From assembly GCA_002633005.1 (NCBI GenBank), contig NMRA01000556.1:62001-126000 (forward strand): 64,000 bases of DNA, read 5' to 3'. Positions 1-11,322 of this stretch are shown here, piece by piece. The translations under genes and the position numbers were made by a program. Within the stretch, counting starts at the first letter, position 1; every line of letters begins with the position of its first letter. The stretch comes from Phoronis australis (Eukaryota > Animalia > Phoronida). Below the pieces are notes generated by a model, which had not been told where the DNA came from, did not search any database, and worked only from the letters and a program-made list of their open reading frames with translations.

Positions 1-194
1 GCTAAGGCTTAAAGGAGAATGCCACCCGATTTAATTAGTCTTTTTTGCCGTCTTAATCGGTCTATATCCACATCGCCTCGCATACGGTCGACCTTACCTT
101 GCCAAGAGGTGTCGCGTTCACCTGCGAAGATGGTGAGAAACGACGCTAGCGACGTCAGTGGTTCATATGCAGTGTGAATGCCGCTTCGTTGCGG

Positions 195-372
195 TGCATC
201 GTTCCCGCTTGTCCGAACTAAGCAGCTCCGAGGAAAGCGGGTATATCGTTTTTGTTTTACTTCCTCGAGAGTCCGAAATGCTTAGGAAGTGGCTCATGGT
301 ACTGAAGAATAAAATGTATGCTGTAAATAGCAAGTATAAGGCCGTGAAACATCTCTGTGTCTGTGGCCTGCA
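195..372 (+). pseudogene. Degenerate THAP zinc-finger relic inside the Kolobok-like element
   Basis: The frame from 195 reads CIVPACPN*AAPRKAGISF. After a frameshift it reads VLLPRESEMLRKWLMVLKNK...HLCVCGL. This follows the THAP layout C-x4-C ... F-x-x-P ... W ... VC. Confidence 0.55.
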
Positions 373-691
373 GACGTCGACAGTGCCTGAGGAATGCTGT
401 CTTACCAAATAACTCCATACGTTCCGTTGTCTGAGCTTTTTCACGGCGCCTCTCTAGTATTTCTTCATCACTGTATTCCTGTTCGAATTGATTGCCTGTA
501 AAACTTAACGATCCACCAGCGAAGTCGGGTGTGATGAGCTCTAGCTCGTCCTGTCGGGATTGCGAGTTGCCGTGTTGGCGTTTTTTACTGAGCGTTCTGT
601 TTCAAAATGAACTATTCTCACCCTAACCAATACTTATATAAAACTGAAACAAAGTCTGTCACATTAGATTCAATTTGTAATGCCTTTGGAG

Positions 692-1074
692 CAGGCCTTT
701 ATCCAGGATTTCGAAAATAGGGTGTCCAAAATGGGGTTCCCAATATTCCAGGGCATCCATAATTCCAAGGTTTTTACATCTAAGTTTGCAAAACAGTCTT
801 CTGTAGTGAGCATTTTAAATAAAATTTGGTGTAAACCAAGACTTTTACAATGCTATCAACAAAGTATGAGCATAGCAACATTATATATTGTATATTTCTT
901 CCTGCTTTGAAAAAAGAGCCCCCACTGAGCCTTCAGAGGCTTCCTAGTAATCACTACAATGTGTGTGTTCAAACTTGAAAGGTTCCTATTGACAGTGGGC
1001 ATCCAAATGATACATTGGGCGTCCTTGCCAGAGCATCCATATTAGTGCCAGGAGGTATGCTGCATAAAGGCCTG
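692..1074. mobile_element. hAT-like MITE nested in the Kolobok-like element
   Basis: TIR CAGGCCTTTAT at 692-702 and its reverse complement at 1064-1074. Perfect 8-bp TSD CTTTGGAG (684-691 and 1075-1082). Confidence 0.85.
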
Positions 1075-2623
1075 CTTTGGAGTGTTCGTGAGTGCAAATG
1101 ATTTGAGAAGCCAGCAATGAATAAATCACTGCGTTACCGGCTTTAGGTGCAATAAAACTAGTTGACGGGACACGGAGGCCATGTGAGCTCATGCTAATTT
1201 AGTGTTTGCTGGCAGAAACTGTTGTGACACAACTCGATTTCCATCCCTCGGCCAGGTGTTAGGGTAATCTTCATTTACATTTACATTACTCAAATAATGA
1301 TTGTCAATGTACAACTTCTGCCCTGGCGATGCTGTGGCCAAAGCGGAACCTGAATTTGCGGCCCCCGACGAGTAAGTAGATTTGCAGTTTCGTGGGTAAT
1401 TCACCAACCTAATCACGTGCACATTACTTTGGCTCACTAGTATAGTATTTTCTTGACTGGAAGTTTAGTTTCCACTGAACTTTGGCTGGTTTATGTTCGT
1501 GATGTCTGATCAGTTTCCGAGCCACTGGCCGGGATAACTCCGACCGGCCGCGACGGGCCTGATCGGGCTCCGACCCACTGGCCAGGATAACGAGCGTTTT
1601 GTGTTTAGAACTCAAAAATCGCAAGTCTAAACAACACAGATCTAGGTTCTCCTGTCTGTATCTCACGGAAAATACTTCGAAATTATCTCCGAACAGACCC
1701 CAAACTCCTGCTACGGACCTTATTGGCCTGCCGAACTTTGTAGGCTACGGTGTGTCCAAATACCAATAAATCCATTAGAGCAAAATAAAACAACACGTTT
1801 TTATAAGAGCTCGGTGTATTTTCAAGGGGTTTACATCGAAGTTTGATGATTTATTGGTGTTAAACGATGACTTCAAGCGATAAGCTGACATCAGTAACCC
1901 GTGTTGTGAACTGCTGAACAGACTGCGTGTTAAACCGATGACGTCATTGGATTATTTCGACACCTCCGTCTTCCGTCAGGTGTCAGGTAACGCAACCGTA
2001 CGTGTCGTTATGGAGTAGAACTACTCGATCTAAATTGATACAAATTAGGTTGTTTTTTGGGTGGCATGCTCCTTTAATTCAGTTCACAACCACCTACTCA
2101 AGTGGGTTTGGCTTGAGCCCATTACAGCTACACTAGTTCTGAGTCCGGTTTTCACACAAACCCTCCACTTGAATTAAAGTTTGTAGCATAAACTAGGTTT
2201 AAGTAAACCCTTGTGATCAGGGTTTAATTGTTTGAGCAATGGTCCAATCGTATCCTGGACAACAGGGTATAACACATAAATTCAACATTCATGTGTCAAG
2301 CCCAGATCGTGGATCTTAGGGCCATAAGGTTTCATTTCATCTTTCCATGTGAATGCAACAAACTAAAAGTGATGCATCTTGTCAGATTTTTAACACTTCA
2401 AGACAGGACTGTTACCAAACTATGGTATTGAATAAAAGGCAATTTTTTGCTGACAAGTTCGAGACCAGTCTTGCTGCTTACGTTTGTTGAAGAGATTTCA
2501 TACCCACATCCTAGGTACACTAATATCTCTTTTTTCCAACTATATGGTACTTCCCCTATTTTGAAGTTGACATGCTGCGGGGAGTAGGCGTTGGTGGATC
2601 TAAATCTGTCTACTCTGTTGTAG

Positions 2624-2689
2624 GTTCATTAAGCGTGCTCGAAGGTCTCTCACAATGCTGGTCCATTGTAAGCTGAGCAAGGCTGCCAG
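2624..2689 (+). CDS. Putative penultimate exon of an unidentified gene (phase 2-2)
   Basis: Acceptor ctctgttgtAG, strong donor CAG/GTAAGT, 66 nt. Open as xFIKRARRSLTMLVHCKLSKAA(R). Confidence 0.5.
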
Positions 2690-3052
2690 GTAAGTCAGTC
2701 TGTTTTACCCGTAAGCTCTGTACTAGACAATGTTGGACTAAAATAATTGTTAGAAATTGATGTTTTCCATGGCGTATAACATTTTGAATGGCCAGAAAAC
2801 CTTGAATACTTGTCAGGTGATAGTACTCAAGTTGTGTGGTAACTCTTTACTAATTTGGCACCCGCTATGGTCGACAAGTGGAATTTGATTTTGTCAATTA
2901 TTTTCCTCAAAAATAACAGATAAAGAAAAATTTAGTGTGTTAACAGCAGCAAGTTTGATCTCCTTAGATGTTACAAACCTACATTTTGCAAAATTTCTAT
3001 TATTTGTAGCAAAGTAATCTGCCTTTGAAAAATGTAAACTGGCAGTTTTTCA

Positions 3053-4153
3053 TTTTTATGCGCCCACATATTTATATGTGGTCACATATTGCGGTCATCT
3101 CTGTCTGGGCATCCAGCGTCCACAGCTGTATCTCCTAAACCCCTCACAGGATCTTGATGAGATAGATGCCTTTTTTGTGACAGATGACAACGAATTTCGG
3201 ACCTCTTCAATTAACGGTGTGCCCTCTAGTGGCAATCGTAATTTCTTATGCTTACTTCTGTATCTTCGGAGGTCCTCAATGGATTTTCACAAAATTTGGT
3301 AGTTAAGCATCTATTACTGAGATGAAGCCATCCTCCTATTTTTGGACAGATTCAAGGTAATTTGTGCCATCTAGTGGCCATTTTACTGTCTTCGAGTGGG
3401 CTGAGGATGATTTTCTGACGACTTCGACCACTGTGGCGCCTCCTAGTGACAGTTTTGTTTGTTTTTGAGCCCATGGCTGTATCTCCTAAACGTTCTACAG
3501 GATCTTTTTGAATTTTGCTGGCATATTTGTATGAAGTTGACAACATAGGACGATGACTTTCGCATGTATTGAATTACGAGTGTGCTCCCTAGTGGCAATT
3601 TTAGTTGTTTACGTCTACCTATGTTTTCAAATGTCCTCAACAGATTTTCATAAAATTTGGCAAATAGGCATCTATTAGTGAGCTGACGTTATCGTCTGGT
3701 CTTCGGTTTGGTTCGTGATATTTTGCGCCAGTTAGTGACTATTTTTACTGTTTTTGAGTCTTGTTACTTGGCATCTGCCCCTCTGTCAACGAAACCCCTC
3801 TAAGGATGGTTGTGGAAATTGTTATATATGTTCCTAATGTGAGGAGGATGTCCGATCATGATTTTCTGACGACTTCATCTACTGTGGCACCTCTTAGTGG
3901 CAATTATGTTGTTTTTTGCACCTATAGCCTCCTATTGGCAAATTCATTTTTTTTCTCGATTTCCACAGTTCCTCAGAAGTTCCTGGCTTTTTATGAAATT
4001 TGGTAAATAGTTTTGATGACTCATACTAGTTTTCAGACAGAGTCGACAAATTTTGCGTCATCTATTGGCCATTTTTATGTTCCAAATAAACACCACTAGA
4101 AGCACACCGTTTGCGGTGCATTCGTGGGTGCATTTCAGCACTCTGCATTCCTC
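3053..4153 (+). mobile_element. Helentron-like (HINE-type) non-autonomous element with internal ~355-bp degenerate tandem units
   Basis: Starts in a T-run with ATGCGCCCAC followed by the hairpin CCACATA-TTTA-TATGTGG. Sub-terminal inverse GTGGGTGCAT at 4124-4133, stem-loop CACCG-TTTG-CGGTG near 4104-4118, ends in a T-run. GCTGTATCTCCTAAAC recurs at about 3125 and 3477. The same 5' end recurs at about 25252. Confidence 0.55.
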
Positions 4154-4830
4154 TTTTTTGAAATTGGTTGGGAATTACCTGTATGTGGAATAGGTTGCCA
4201 ACATTCCCTCCTATACACAAAACTGAATAAACACAAGCACAATGTTTTTTGCTTTCAATTTCAATGGACACTCACTCCAACTCGCAATTCATTTTAGTAC
4301 ATATACATATCTGGCATGTGTTATGGACATGTAGCTTAACTTTGACCTTAAATGTCTTTTATGAAAAAGTGGCAACTTAAAATGGCTCTTGTTTGCCATG
4401 TCAGAAATCGATGACATTCTTTTATTACGTTTTTTGCCACCATTTCGGTGATTTTTGTGGTAAGGACTTAAGTGTTACTTATGTGTTGCTCATGACATTT
4501 GTATGCTGTGTGATGTATGTTGAGTATCTGTTCTGTTTGTTTTCATTTGGTTATGTCTATCATTAGAGTAAAAAAAAATCACCTCTGTATGAGGAGTGAC
4601 GTGTTACTATGGTAACCAAGCTCACTTTTTTATAGTGGCTGTGAACCTGTTAAAGGGTTCAGGCTTGTTGTGGAATAGGGCGACGGAATGTTTAACTAAT
4701 GCCCTTTTCACACCAAAGCGATTATAGCCGTAGAAGCTTACATTATTGGAGTTTTTTTATTTTAGATGCCTTGGGCTAAACAGATAGTCCTAGCAAAGCC
4801 TTAGCAAAGTAAGAAAACAAGTTTAATCAG

Positions 4831-4942
4831 TCAAATGTAGGCCCATCAAATGTAGGCCTATGAAATGTAGGCCCATCAAATTTAGGCCCATCAAATGTAG
4901 GCCCATGAAATGTTGGCCCATCAAATGTAGGCCCATCAAATG
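4831..4942. repeat. 15-bp minisatellite (TCAAATGTAGGCCCA) x ~7
   Basis: Tandem copies visible directly. Confidence 0.95.
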
Positions 4943-5081
4943 ATAGGTGAAGTTGCCTTTTCCTGCTATTCTGCATCCCTGTCACAACCCCGCACAAACA
5001 TCAAAAGGGAACAACAGTTGTGTGGAATAGGGGTCTCAATAGATCACTGTAATGTTTGCTGGTGGTGTTCACAGCTGTTTG

Positions 5082-5215
5082 AATAGCTGACTTTCCAAAG
5101 ATCTGAGCCACATTGAAATTCACTAACAGGCTAGAGGGCAATCAGGTCTTTGGTGGACAGGCGTTCAGCGCCACCTACAGATTCCATGTAATGTGGATGG
5201 GAGGTTTCAACCTAC
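5082..5215 (+). repeat. Interspersed repeat, inverted copy of 21172-21299
   Basis: TTGGTGGACAGGCGTTCAGCGCCACCTAC and its flanks align to the reverse complement of 21172-21299. Confidence 0.75.
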
Positions 5216-5310
5216 TGGCATTAAAGTGTTCTAAAACCTTTCTCGCCATTATAATGCTGGCAAAATTGTAATGCTATGCAGTGAGATGCATTAATGTCTT
5301 ATGCCATAAG

Positions 5311-5464
5311 GCAAACCTTTGAAGTATCGATGGATGAACAAGGACATATGATGTTCCGTACATTTCCCACTCCGAAGATATATCCGCGACAAAGCCAGTG
5401 GCTGCGACTGATAAAGCAGGAGAGTTTCTATTCCAGCTGGTGTCAAAAAGCTAAACTAAATTAG
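5311..5464 (+). CDS. Putative terminal coding exon of the unidentified gene
   Basis: Acceptor ccataAG with phase-2 entry compatible with exon 2624-2689. Reads (R)QTFEVSMDEQGHMMFRTFPTPKIYPRQSQWLRLIKQESFYSSWCQKAKLN*. The polypyrimidine tract is weak. Confidence 0.45.
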
Positions 5465-5669
5465 TGAAGTCAAACTAACCAAACGATGGGAGGGCTGACA
5501 GTGGAATTTATTCCTCTGTTTTTAAATTGATGAACCACTGTGTAGTAATTGAATATATGTATGGTAAATATGATATTTTGCTTTCGTTTTAATCAACCGA
5601 CAATCGTCATCACGTTTGTGGTATGACACATTTACCACTCCATGGCGGTGAGCAACACTGAAATTTATA

Positions 5670-7028
5670 CCGTAATCGTTCTGGTTAACGCCCATGCTCA
5701 GTTAACCGCCCACCCCTACTTTAGGTGGATTTTCGATTTAACCGCCCACTGCTCGGTTAACCGCCCCCCTGCTATTTTTGAAGATTTCCAATTAAGCGCC
5801 CACCTCTCGGTTAAGCGCCCATCCCCTACTTTTGACGATTGGTGATTACCGCCCTGTGCTAATAGGAAACGGGAATCCCCGACCTTTTAGATTAAGATCG
5901 ATGATAACATTGAGTGCAACGACGGCCTCAGAGACCGCGGTTTAGCAATGTGAATTATGATACCAGTAACAAATTATTGTAACGGGTCATCGATTAACTT
6001 CAAAATGTAATACTTGAACACTTTGTCACTTTCTTTTCTTCTCATGTTCGCAAACTTTAGGAACCGCGCTGGCGTCTACACCTCCACTTTCAGCCACAAT
6101 CTCTGCCGCACTGAGTTATCGACTACAGTGCACTATATAAAAGATGCATTCGAAATAACCAGGTCAGAGAAATGTGACATTGGTTTTGCCAACCCTCTCA
6201 ATGCGCTTTAGGTTGTAAGCTCTCGGGATTTTGAAGAATTCCCATAAACCGCGAAAAGTTGATAAATTCTTTATATTTTGGTGAGTGTAATTGCCGGGTT
6301 ATCGAGATCCCCGTCTTTCGAGTACTCTCGTCACAGTGCATGGCAACTGAATAGTTGAACCCGATTTCGTGATTGATTATACATTTTTATGCTTTTTGAC
6401 CATTCAGACCAGGAGTACATTCTGTTATCTCGAAATAATTTTGAACTGAAATTCGGAACTGCTGGTAGTCCTTGTCTACGTGACCGTCAGTTAAGTTGTT
6501 TATTATGGGAGTGCACTGATCAAACAGGAAAAATGGGTCAGCACGTGACCACAACTGGGTTAAAACGACAGCACAGCTACCGTCTGCTACGCAGGTGAAC
6601 ATGTTCAACGTCTGCGAAGTATAGTGAAATAATGAGCATAATTCGCAATAATCGGTCTCACCTGAGGCGCCATATTATGCAGCAAACTTTCTATGCAAGC
6701 GTTCGGAGTTTGACCACACTCTACATTTTCGAAACTATTTGTTAATTAGAGTGCGCAGAGTACGCACTTGGTGGCGATAAAGTTCTTTTCAAAGTGTTAG
6801 GCGATCCCAGTATGTGGCTTAGTACGTGTGGTGACTCAGATCATAAGGTAAGATTAACCGCCCAGGGCGGTTGCCTGTCGTAATAAGCGCCCATGTTCAG
6901 TTAACCGCCCCCCCCCCACGATTTCTTGAAATTTCACGTTTAAGCGCCCATGTCTGGTTAACCGCCCACCCCCGATTTTTTGGGTTCGCCAATTTAACCG
7001 CCCAGGGCGTTAACCCGAACGATTACGG
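5670..7028. mobile_element. Non-autonomous pogo/Tc1-mariner-like element (1359 bp)
   Basis: TA on both sides (5668-5669, 7029-7030). TIR CCGTAATCGTTC(T/G)GGTTAACGCCC. Many sub-terminal TTAA(C/G)CGCCC repeats at both ends. Confidence 0.85.
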
Positions 7029-7424
7029 TAAATGTTCATAACAAACATTTGAAGAATGCATTTATCTTAAGTAGCAATAGCATTGTGCAGTTGTTTGAAA
7101 TAACACTGAAGGTAAAATTTCTTTTATTGGTAGTAGTATCACAAGGTAGTCATATTCTGATGAATAAAACATGGCATTTTTAATGTGGAATATAAAATCA
7201 GAGAAATTAAAAGCTCTTATAAGTTTAAATGTAACTGGTTTGAAACGTTTCCCACTTACTGTATTAGTTCTGCAAATACTTGTGGTGAAAGTAAAAATAA
7301 ACTTGGTGCACTTAAATTCCATTGGTATGTGTGAACCATCTGAAGGTAGTATTATTGTATGAAAGTATTTTTCCAAACATTTCTTGAATGAACTTGATGT
7401 GACGTTCACACGCTCACATGCAAA

Positions 7425-7466
7425 CACACATGCACGCACGCACGCACACACACACACACACACACA
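7425..7466. repeat. (CA)n/(GCAC)n microsatellite
   Basis: Seen directly. Confidence 0.95.
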
Positions 7467-8216
7467 GTGAGCTGATTATGCTATCATCCCCAGCAGTCTG
7501 CACCTGTGTCTCTGCAACCTGTGGTGAATGTTCGTGAAATTTGCAGCCGTGTTCCTATCATGGATGCAACGACATGATCAAGTTTTCAGACGGATTCAAC
7601 AACATCTACCCCAAGTTGCAATTTTAGCTTTTCTCGTTAGTCTCTATCGGTGGCCCCTAGTGCGCAACAGATGGACGCGGCTGACGTTTCTTCTCGGATA
7701 GTTCGGAATTGTGCTATTGCTGCACGCACATGGCAATTTAGCTACACTATGCGCATGCCTGTATATCTAGCGAATGATTGGATTTGTAGGAAATTTGGCA
7801 AATAGTTCTCTATTATGTATATTGAGAGACACAATGATTTTAGGTGGAGCTGCCGTCTATTGGTCATTTTAATGATTTATAATTTTTTTCGTCTTTCAAT
7901 CCACCTCTGTATCCTCCAAAGCTATTGATGGATTATCGTGACATCTTACAGATGTGTTTACATTGAGATGACCATGACTGACATAGATTTATGAACAGGT
8001 CCAAATCCTGTGAACTCTAATCTAAAATTTGTATTTGCCTGTGCCTCAGTATGTACCATGTCCCCTGTGGATCTTCGTAAAACTTAGTATATGGGTCTTC
8101 CAGTTGAGGAGAGTATGTCTGGTGTTGGTTTTTGCTTCCCCTCGTGGCACTTTAGATTTTCAGAGGGCCCCCATGGATATCAGTGTGAACTGATGGGGCT
8201 ACCCTCATTGCACATA

Positions 8217-8256
8217 TTACATTATTATTAATAATAATAATAATAATAATAATAAT
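8217..8256. repeat. (ATT)n(AAT)n microsatellite
   Basis: Seen directly. Confidence 0.95.
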
Positions 8257-10801
8257 CAAGTTTTTTGGCAAATTTTCACAAAATTTAGCTAACACGTTTC
8301 CATCAAAGGGACAACACTGCACTCGCTGTGCTTTATGAATTTGACTTATGCTGCATCCTCTATATACAGTGCAGCTTATCGACAAGATGCCAATAACGCG
8401 TGCAATGAACTCTCCAAGTACATGATTATTACCAACAACATCGGTATCTCAGTTCTTACATTGAGCTCCAAAATTTAAAATAGGAGTTTATCAACAAGAA
8501 GGAGTTTGGAATAGCAAACTTACAACCTTTTGAGAATCCAGTGGATATATTTCTAGAAATATTGGTTTTAACTGGCCTTACTCTTCTGAAAATTTGGACT
8601 CCCAATTATGGAATCCTGTATAAACCTCTCCTGCACTGGCGGATTTTGTCTGGCTGATTTTCAAAATCTCCTGACACATTTTGACACTTCAGGACAAATT
8701 TCTAATGTCTATGACCAAGAGAAATCTCCAAATTTTAAGCTCAAGGAAAGTAAGTACTTGTGTCTACTTAATTTGACAGTCAGCTAACAGTAGCTGTTGG
8801 AGCTCAATGGCCTATCCAGAATAAAAAAGTTAGTAAAAATGGTATGTGAGAATAAACTGTTAAACTACAAGTTTTTTATATGGGTGTGTTATTAGCCGAG
8901 GTTGATGTGCCTTCGGCGTCGTGAAAATACTCACAGGGAGCAACTACCTTGGCTTAAATAACAAACCCATATGAAAACATTCATTTGACCTCGAATGTGT
9001 ACCAATGTCAAGGCCACGATTACCGTGAACAGCATTTACTTCTTGGTGATTATGTTACTTTGGTGGAACTGTGAAGTAAATTTATTTAATGCAAACAACC
9101 TAAGCCTAGATGTTTCTTCGTTAATAAATTCAAACTTGCCATTTGAACTATGTTAGTTAGTCGCACTTGGGTTTGCCTTTTGTTTATTTTTTTGCAAATT
9201 GTATCAAAACCACTTTAAAAGCAAAAATTAAATCCTGACACCAAACATCAAACAAACAAAGATTAACCAGCAAATTGCATGGCTATTTTGTCACTGTGGC
9301 AAGTACCCCCCCTGTCCAGTTGCTGTATAATAAGTTTAGCAGACAATAACTTTGTAATTAGAATCCCGGAAAGATTGCATAGTTGTTACATAATGGAGGT
9401 ATTCAGTTCCTTGCACCATAATTGGCAAACCTGGGAGTTTCACTATCGCTTCTGATGTTAAGTAGATGCAATAGTGCGGCACGCAATTCCTTTTGAAATG
9501 AGGACTATTACTGCACGGAAGTTATGGAGAACAATATGGCACAGAAGTTGTTTTGAGTGCTTCATGTTGTGGGGGGTTAGCTCCCCTAGGTTATATGCAC
9601 ACTAAAGGGTGTTTTGCTGTCCATTGGTTCATTCTGTAGGGAATCAATATTCAAACTACCTATGAAAAGGCAGACTTTGGTATAAGGTTATGTAATATAG
9701 ACAGGTGAAACACCTATGAAACTGGGTTTTAACTCAGTCAAGGTACATATTTCTGAAAGTAGAATTTGGTTTTTTACTTAAACCAGTCTGTTAACAATTG
9801 GGTCAGGTGACCATGTTGTTTTAGTAAAAATTTAGCAAAAAAGAAAGGCCCAGTGAAAGCGCAACAACTATTGTCAATTACTTGATCAAATTTTATTGAT
9901 ATAAACATTCAAAGTGGGATCTCAAAAGCACTGTTTCAATTTTCTAAAATATCGTTAATTTATCTTAAAGGTTTTTCATGAAAATCATCAAAGTAGCAGT
10001 ACGGTAGCGCTCGATGCTTAGTTTAGCGCCAAGCGGCATTTGGCATCTTGTGGTTGCCAAACAAAATCCGAAGTCGCCAAAGCTCAAAATTCCAGGTTGC
10101 CAAATGAAATCTGAGTTTTAATCCGGCGTTGAAATCGTCGACCAAAAAAAAAAAACAAATAAAGAAATTGAAAAATGATCGTACTGTACTTCGTTCTCAG
10201 ATTGTTACTCATACCCAGTGTTGCAACTTTAGGTGCTGCTGGAAAATATTTAGGATACCTTCCACCCTTCTAGAGAATTGTCAGTGTAAAAACACTGTCC
10301 CTCATTAGCCAGTTAGCAAATAGATATTTTTGTCTAGAACTTCCGGAGAGATTTCCTACTTCACATGCCACACCCCTCTAACCAAATAATGGATTCTCCC
10401 TGGTGCTTCCCTTTTGCTTCATCAAAAACAAATAACATGACTGTTAAAATGACAAAATACTGTCACGAGGGCTAATTCTGTTAACAACAAAAATGATTGG
10501 TGATAACTTTTAAGGCAGCAAAATTTTAATCCTAACGTGGCTTAGCCTCATTAACTTTCCTGTTAACTTCCTTTGGTTCTCGGTCATGATTGAAGACTAC
10601 TCTGACAAAAATTCGGCTTCCGCCCAGCCATTCAGGGAATAGTGTCCCTGAAAGGGAATGTGACTATGCAAATTGGCTTGAGTACAGCTGACATATGGTT
10701 ATAAAACTGCTTGTTGGGTCAAAAATCACCTTTTAAGTGACATTAACAGAGGCATATCTCAGTCTTTGTGTGCACAGGCTCGTCGGCAATAGTCTGACTT
10801 A

Positions 10802-10881
10802 CAGGGGTCCTGGATTTTGAGAACCAGTTTGATACCTGGTATTCAGTGGAGAAAACTGGTTATCAAAATGCGGAATTCCAG
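10802..10881. mobile_element. ~80-bp palindromic TA-flanked MITE (same family as 27485-27566)
   Basis: CAGGGGTCCTGGATTTTGAGAACCAG ... CTGGTTATCAAAATGCGGAATTCCAG, with TA on both sides. Confidence 0.55.
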
Positions 10882-11061
10882 TACCGTATTCGCCGTAATA
10901 ATCGCCCATGCCCCTATAAGCCCCCCCGTGCCATGCGTTTTCAGACTTTGCTAAAATTAGCGCCTAGTCCATGAACGTGTACGTGCGAAAAATGCCTTAC
11001 ATATAGTTCTAAAATTCTACAGTAACGTCTTCAATTTATCTAGTAATATCCGACAGTCCTG

Positions 11062-11322
11062 AAAAAAATTATTGTGCGCAGAATTTGTAGATCACGAGCC
11101 TCACCGCTATGTCGGTATTTAGCCGTGACTATATACTTCAAACTTCTGCCATGCCTCAAAACGAACACAAAAGTTCTCCTGATATTGCAAGGACCAATGG
11201 TCTGGCCTTTCAGAACAGAAGTAGTGTACTTGTCTACGGCATTGCTTTGTAGATATTTCCCGCTTTCAACAGGACTCCAAATTTCTTTGTAGGCCTACAT
11301 GTGAAAACCGCAAACCGAAGAC
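11062..11322 (-). pseudogene. HIRAN-like domain relic
   Basis: One frame reads SSVCGFHM*AYKEIWSPVESGKYLQSNAVDKYTTSVLKGQTIGPCNIRRTFVFVLRHGRSLKYIVTAKYRHSGEARDLQILRTIIF. This resembles the invertebrate HIRAN-like pattern GxHxYKxIWxP...NxxDxYAVxV...VGHVPR...GLEIPC. Confidence 0.6.

Larger units (their letters stand above)
13..2073 (+). mobile_element. Non-autonomous Kolobok-like DNA transposon (about 2.06 kb) with a decayed THAP-domain relic
   Basis: TTAA at 9-12 and 2074-2077. TIRs AGGAGAATGCCACCCG (13-28) versus revcomp of 2058-2073, AGGAGCATGCCACCCA (14/16). A TTAA target with purine-purine termini is the Kolobok pattern. Confidence 0.75.

Noticed and set aside
1083-1135. Possible Kolobok transposase WxSQP motif relic
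   Set aside because: It needs two indels to read, and the downstream sequence does not continue the motif.
2455-2472. Pol III B-box-like GTTCGAGACC (also GGTTCAAACCC near 45392)
   Set aside because: No correctly spaced A box or cloverleaf, so no tRNA or SINE call is supportable.
6030-6240. Possible pogo DNA-binding-domain relic inside element 5670-7028
   Set aside because: Only vague similarity across several frameshifts, which is not supportable by eye.
8693-8749. 57-nt exon-like segment with a GTAAGT donor (similar cases at 4767-4809 and 16549)
   Set aside because: Phases do not give a coherent ORF with neighbouring exons. It may be UTR or chance.
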